A DNA stretch of 64,000 nt. Source: Azolla caroliniana. Taxonomy: Eukaryota > Plantae > Polypodiophyta. A program made the translations under genes and the position numbers. Location: contig JBHGNT010000035.1 of assembly GCA_043228905.1 (NCBI GenBank), positions 186,001-250,000 on the forward strand. Reading direction: 5' to 3'. The first letter of the stretch is position 1, and each line of letters opens with the position of its first letter. Below, one piece after another: positions 58,501 to 64,000 of the stretch. Below the pieces are notes generated by a model. It was not told the DNA's origin, did not search any database, and saw nothing but the letters and a program-made list of their open reading frames with translations.

Positions 58501-61500
58501 AAATTTTGATTTTTTAATTCCATATCATAGCAAGCGTTGTTAGCTTCAATTCGCATGTTTGAACACAGAAATCCGATATCACACGAGCTAGATATGAACA
58601 TTTTAATTTACCTACTTGCTCTTGTCAACTCCCACCTCAAATTTGCTAATTTCTTCATGTCGCTCGACCTGATTTTTAAAATCTTGATTTTTTAATTCCA
58701 TATCATAGCTAGCGTTGTTAGCTTCAATTCGCATGTTTGAACATAGAAATCCGATATCACACGAGCCAGATATGAACATTTTAATTTACCTACTTGCTCT
58801 TGTCAACTCCCACCTCCAATTTGCTAATTTCTTCATGTCGCTCGACCTGATTTTTAAAACCTTGATTTTTTAATTCCATATCATAGCTAGCGTTGTTAGC
58901 TACGATTCGCAGGTTTGAACACAAAAATCCGATATCACACGAGCCAGATATGAACATTTTAATTTACCTACTTACTCTTGTCAACTCCTGCCTCAAATTT
59001 GCTAATTTCTTCATGTCTCTCGACTTGAGTGTCCAGATCTTGATTTTTTAATTCCATATCATAGCAAGCGTTGTTAGCTTCAATTCGCATGTTTGAACAC
59101 AGAAATACGATATCACACGAGCCAGATATGAACATTTTAATTTACCTACTTGCTCTTGTCAACTCCCACCTCAAATTTGCTAATTTCTTCATGTCGCTCG
59201 ACCTGAGTTTTAAAATCTTGATTTTTTAATTCCATATCATAGCTAGCGTTGTTAGCTTCGATTCGCATGTTTGAACACAGAAATCCGATATCACACGAGC
59301 TAGATATGAACATTTTAATTTACCTACTTGCTCTTGTCAACTCCCACCTCAAATTTGCTAATTTCTTCATGTCGCTGGACCTGATTTTTAAAATCTTGAT
59401 TTTTTAATTCCATATCATAGCTAGCGTTGTTAGCTTCAATTCGCATGTTTGAACATAGAAATCCGATATCACACGAGCCAGATATGAACATTTTAATTTA
59501 CCTACTTGCTCTTGTCAACTCCCACCTCCAATTTGCTAATTTCTTCATGTCGCTCGACCTGATTTTTAAAACCTTGATTTTTTAATTCCATATCATAGCT
59601 AGCGTTGTTAGCTACGATTCGCAGGTTTGAACACAAAAATCCGATATCACACGAGCCAGATATGAACATTTTAATTTACCTACTTACTCTTGTCAACTCC
59701 TGCCTCAAATTTGCTAATTTCTTCATGTCTCTCGACTTGAGTGTCCAAATTTTGATTTTTTAATTCCATATCATAGCAAGCGTTGTTAGCTTCAATTCGC
59801 ATGTTTGAACACAGAAATCCGATATCACACGAGCCAGATATGAACATTTTAATTTACCTACTTGCTCTTGTCAACTCCCACCTCAAATTTGCTAATTTCT
59901 TCATGTCGCTCGACCTGAGTTTTAAAATCTTGATTTTTTAATTCCATATCATAGCTAGCGTTGTTAGCTTCAATTCGCATGTTTGAACACAGAAATCCGA
60001 TATCACACGAGCCAGATATGAACATTTTAATTTACCTACTTGCTCTTGTCAACTCCCACCTCAAATTTGCTAATTTCTTCATGTCGCTCGACCTGATTTT
60101 TAAAATTTTGATTTTTTAATTCCATATCATAGCTAGCGTTGTTAGCTTCAATTCGCATGTTTGAACACAGAAATCCGATATCACACGAGCCAGATATGAA
60201 CATTTTAATTTACCTACTTACTCTTGTCAACTCCTACCTCAAATTTGCTAATTTCTTCATGTCTCTCGACGTGAGTGTCCAAATCTTGATTTTTTAATTC
60301 CATATCATAGCAAGCGTTGTTAGCTTCAATTCCCACGTTTGAACACAGAAATCCGATATCACACGAGCCAGATATGAACATTTTAATTTACTAACGCGTT
60401 GTTCTAAACTCCCGCCTCAAATTTGCTAATTTCTTCATGTCTCTCGACGTGAGTGTCCAAATTTTGATTTCTTAATTCCATATCATAGCAAGCGTTGTTA
60501 GCTTCAATTCGCATGTTTGAACACAGAAATCCGATATCACACGAGCTAGATATGAACATTTTAATTTACCTACTTGCTCTTGTCAACTCCCACCTCAAAT
60601 TTGCTAATTTCTTCATGTCGCTCGACCTGATTTTTAAAATCTTGATTTTTTAATTCCATATCATAGCTAGCGTTGTTAGCTTCAATTCGCATGTTTGAAC
60701 ATAGAAATCCGATATCACACGAGCCAGATATGAACATTTTAATTTACCTACTTGCTCTTGTCAACTCCCACCTCCAATTTGCTAATTTCTTCATGTCGCT
60801 CGACCTGATTTTTAAAACCTTGATTTTTTAATTCCATATCATAGCTAGCGTTGTTAGCTACGATTCGCAGGTTTGAACACAAAAATCCGATATCACACGA
60901 GCCAGATATGAACATTTTAATTTACCTACTTACTCTTGTCAACTCCTGCCTCAAATTTGCTAATTTCTTCATGTCTCTCGACTTGAGTGTCCAGATCTTG
61001 ATTTTTTAATTCCATATCATAGCAAGCGTTGTTAGCTTCAATTCGCATGTTTGAACACAGAAATACGATATCACACGAGCCAGATATGAACATTTTAATT
61101 TACCTACTTGCTCTTGTCAACTCCCACCTCAAATTTGCTAATTTCTTCATGTCTCTCGACTTGAGTGTCCAGATGTTGATTTTTTAATTCCATATCATAG
61201 AAAGCGTTGTTAGCTTCAATTCGCATGTTTGAATACAGAAATACGATATCACACGAGCCAGATATGAACATTTTAATTTACCTACTTGCTCTTGTCAACT
61301 CCCACCTCAAATTTGCTAATTTCTTCATGTCACTCGACCTGAGTTTTAAAACTTGATTTTTTAATTCCATATCATAGCTAGCGTTGTTAGCTTCCATTCG
61401 CATGTTTGAACACAGAAATCCGATAACACACGAGCCAGATATGAACATTTTAATTTACCTACTTGCTCTTGTCAACTCCCACCTCAAATTTGCTAATTTC

Positions 61501-61949
61501 TTCATGTCGCTCGACCTGATTTTTAAAATTTTGATTTTTTAATTCCATATCATAGCTAGCGTTGTTAGCTTCTATTCGCATGTTTGAACACAGAAATCCG
61601 ATATCACACGAGCCAGATATGAACATTTTAATTTACCTACTTGCTCTTGTCAACTCCCACCTCAAATTTGCTAATTTCTTCATGTCGCTCGACGTGGGTT
61701 TCAAAATCTTGACTTTTTAATTCCATATCATAGCTAGCGTTGTTAGCTTCAATTCGCATGTTTGAACACAGAAATCCGATATCACACGAGCCAGATATGA
61801 ACATTTTAATTTACCTACTTGCTCTTGTCAACTCCCACCTCAAATTTGCTAATTTGTTCATGTCGCTCGACCTGATTTTTAGAATCTTGATTTTTTAATT
61901 CCATATCATAGCTAGCGTTGTTAGCTTCGATTCGCATGTTTGAACACAG

Positions 61950-64000
61950 AAATCCGATATCACACGAGCTAGATATGAACATTTTAATTTACCTACTTGC
62001 TCTTGTCAACTCCCACCTCAAATTTGCTAATTTCTTCATGTCGCTGGACCTGATTTTTAAAATCTTGATTTTTTAATTCCATATCATAGCTAGCGTTGTT
62101 AGCTTCAATTCGCATGTTTGAACACAGAAATCCGATATCACACGAGCCAGATATGAACATTTTAATTTACCTACTTGCTCTTGTCAACTCCCACCTCAAA
62201 TTTGCTAATTTCTTCATGTCGCTCGACCTGAGTTTTAAAATCTTGATTTTTTAATTCCATATCATAGCTAGCGTTGTTAGCTTCAATTCGCATGTTTGAA
62301 CACAGAAATCCGATATCACACGAGCTAGATATGAACATTTTAATTTACCTACTTGCTCTTGTCAACTCCCACCTCAAATTTGCTAATTTCTTCATGTCGC
62401 TGGACCTGATTTTTAAAATTTTGATTTTTTAATTCCGTATCATAGCTAGCGTAGTTAGCTTCGATTCGCATGTTTGAACACAAAAATCCGATATCACACG
62501 AGCCAGATATGAACATTTTAATTTACCTACTTACTCTTGTCAACTCCTACCTCAAATTTGCTAATTTCTTCATGTCTCTCGACGTGAGTGTCCAAATCTT
62601 TATTTTTTAATTCCATATCATAGCAAGCGTTGTTAGCTTCAATTCGCATGTTTGAACACAGAAATCCGATATCACACGAGCTAGATATGAACATTTTAAT
62701 TTACCTACTTGCTCTTGTCAACTCCCACCTCAAATTTGCTAATTTCTTCATGTCGCTCGACCTGATTTTTAAAATCTTGATTTTTTAATTCCATATCATA
62801 GCTAGCGTTGTTAGCTTCAATTCGCATGTTTGAACACAGAAATCCGATATCACACGAGCCAGATATGAACATTTTAATTTACCTACTTGCTCTTGTCAAC
62901 TCCCACCTCAAATTTGCTAATTTCTTCATGTCGCTCGACCTGATTCTTAAAATTTTGATTTTTTAATTCCATATCATAGCTAGCGTTGTTAGCTTCGATT
63001 CGCATGTTTGAACACAAAAATCCGATATCACACGAGCCAGATATGAACATTTTAATTTACTAACGCGTTGTTCTAAACTCCCGCCTCAAATTTGCTAATT
63101 TCTTCATGTCTCTCGACGTGAGTGTCCAAATTTTGATTTTTTAATTCCATATCATAGCAAGCGTTGTTAGCTTCAATTCGCATGTTTGAACACAGAAATC
63201 CGATATCACACGAGCCAGATATGAACATTTTAATTTACCTACTTGCTCTTGTCAACTCCCACCTCAAATTTGCTAATTTCTTCATGTCGCTCGACCTGAG
63301 TTTTAAAATCTTGATTTTTTAATTCCATATCATAGCTAGCGTTGTTAGCTTCAATTCGCATGTTTGAACACAGAAATCCGATATCACACGAGCCAGATAT
63401 GAACATTTTAATTTACCTACTTGCTCTTGTCAACTCCCACCTCAAATTTGCTAATTTCTTCATGTCGCTCGACCTGATTTTTAAAATTTTGATTTTTTAA
63501 TTCCATATCATAGCTAGCGTTGTTAGCTTCAATTCGCATGTTTGAACACAGAAATCCGATATCACACGAGCCAGATATGAACATTTTAATTTACCTACTT
63601 ACTCTTGTCAACTCCTACCTCAAATTTGCTAATTTCTTCATGTCTCTCGACGTGAGTGTCCAAATCTTGATTTTTTAATTCCATATCATAGCAAGCGTTG
63701 TTAGCTTCAATTCCCACGTTTGAACACAGAAATCCGATATCACACGAGCCAGATATGAACATTTTAATTTACTAACGCGTTGTTCTAAACTCCCGCCTCA
63801 AATTTGCTAATTTCTTCATGTCTCTCGACGTGAGTGTCCAAATTTTGATTTTTTAATTCCATATCATAGCAAGCGTTGTTAGCTTCAATTCGCATGTTTG
63901 AACACAGAAATCCGATATCACACGAGCTAGATATGAACATTTTAATTTACCTACTTGCTCTTGTCAACTCCCACCTCAAATTTGCTAATTTCTTCATGTC
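61950..64000 (+). repeat. Duplicate of about 56610-58660 (30-monomer offset)
   Basis: TTCCGTATC...GCGTAGTTAG at 57098/62437 and GATTCTTAAA at 57607/62946 both recur at +5339. Confidence 0.88.

Larger units (their letters stand above)
1..64000. repeat. Tandem satellite array, 178-bp monomer, 361 complete copies, head-to-tail; probable centromeric/pericentromeric satellite
   Basis: ATTTTAATTTAC recurs at 1, 179, 357, 535 ... 63939. 63938 bp = 361x178 - 6x50 - 20x1, which matches the indel variants I counted. No interruption or strand switch was seen. The centromeric role is inferred only from monomer size and homogeneity. Confidence 0.99.

Noticed and set aside
1-64000. CRISPR-like array of constant repeats with variable spacers
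   Set aside because: The variable segments are homologous alleles that differ by a few substitutions and recur many times. There are no unique spacers, leader or cas genes.
1-64000. Embedded retrotransposon, inversion or foreign insertion
   Set aside because: The length bookkeeping (361x178 - 300 - 20 = 63938) leaves no room for net inserted sequence, and I saw no reverse-complement monomers.

Overview
The whole 64 kb window is one uninterrupted, head-to-tail satellite DNA array in a single orientation. Its monomer is 178 bp and about 36-37% GC. I found no credible gene, RNA gene, transposon, CRISPR array, inversion or unique sequence. Length bookkeeping closes exactly: 361 complete monomers plus a 62-bp partial one, made up of 335 x 178 bp, 20 x 177 bp (one shared 1-bp deletion) and 6 x 128 bp (one shared 50-bp deletion). 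Monomer size and homogeneity fit a eukaryotic centromeric or pericentromeric satellite. Variants at CG and CHG sites hint weakly at a plant. I do not recognise the family, and it does not resemble Arabidopsis CEN178 as I recall it. The interesting information lies in the variant pattern: local higher-order duplications of 2-15 monomers, three long-range duplications at a near-identical ~10.9 kb (61-62 monomer) offset, a ~0.8 kb tract shared across 44.6 kb, an all-or-none 8-substitution cassette, and three subfamily domains along the array. The six supplied ORFs are by-products of the repeat. All offsets were read by eye from marker variants, so tract ends are approximate.
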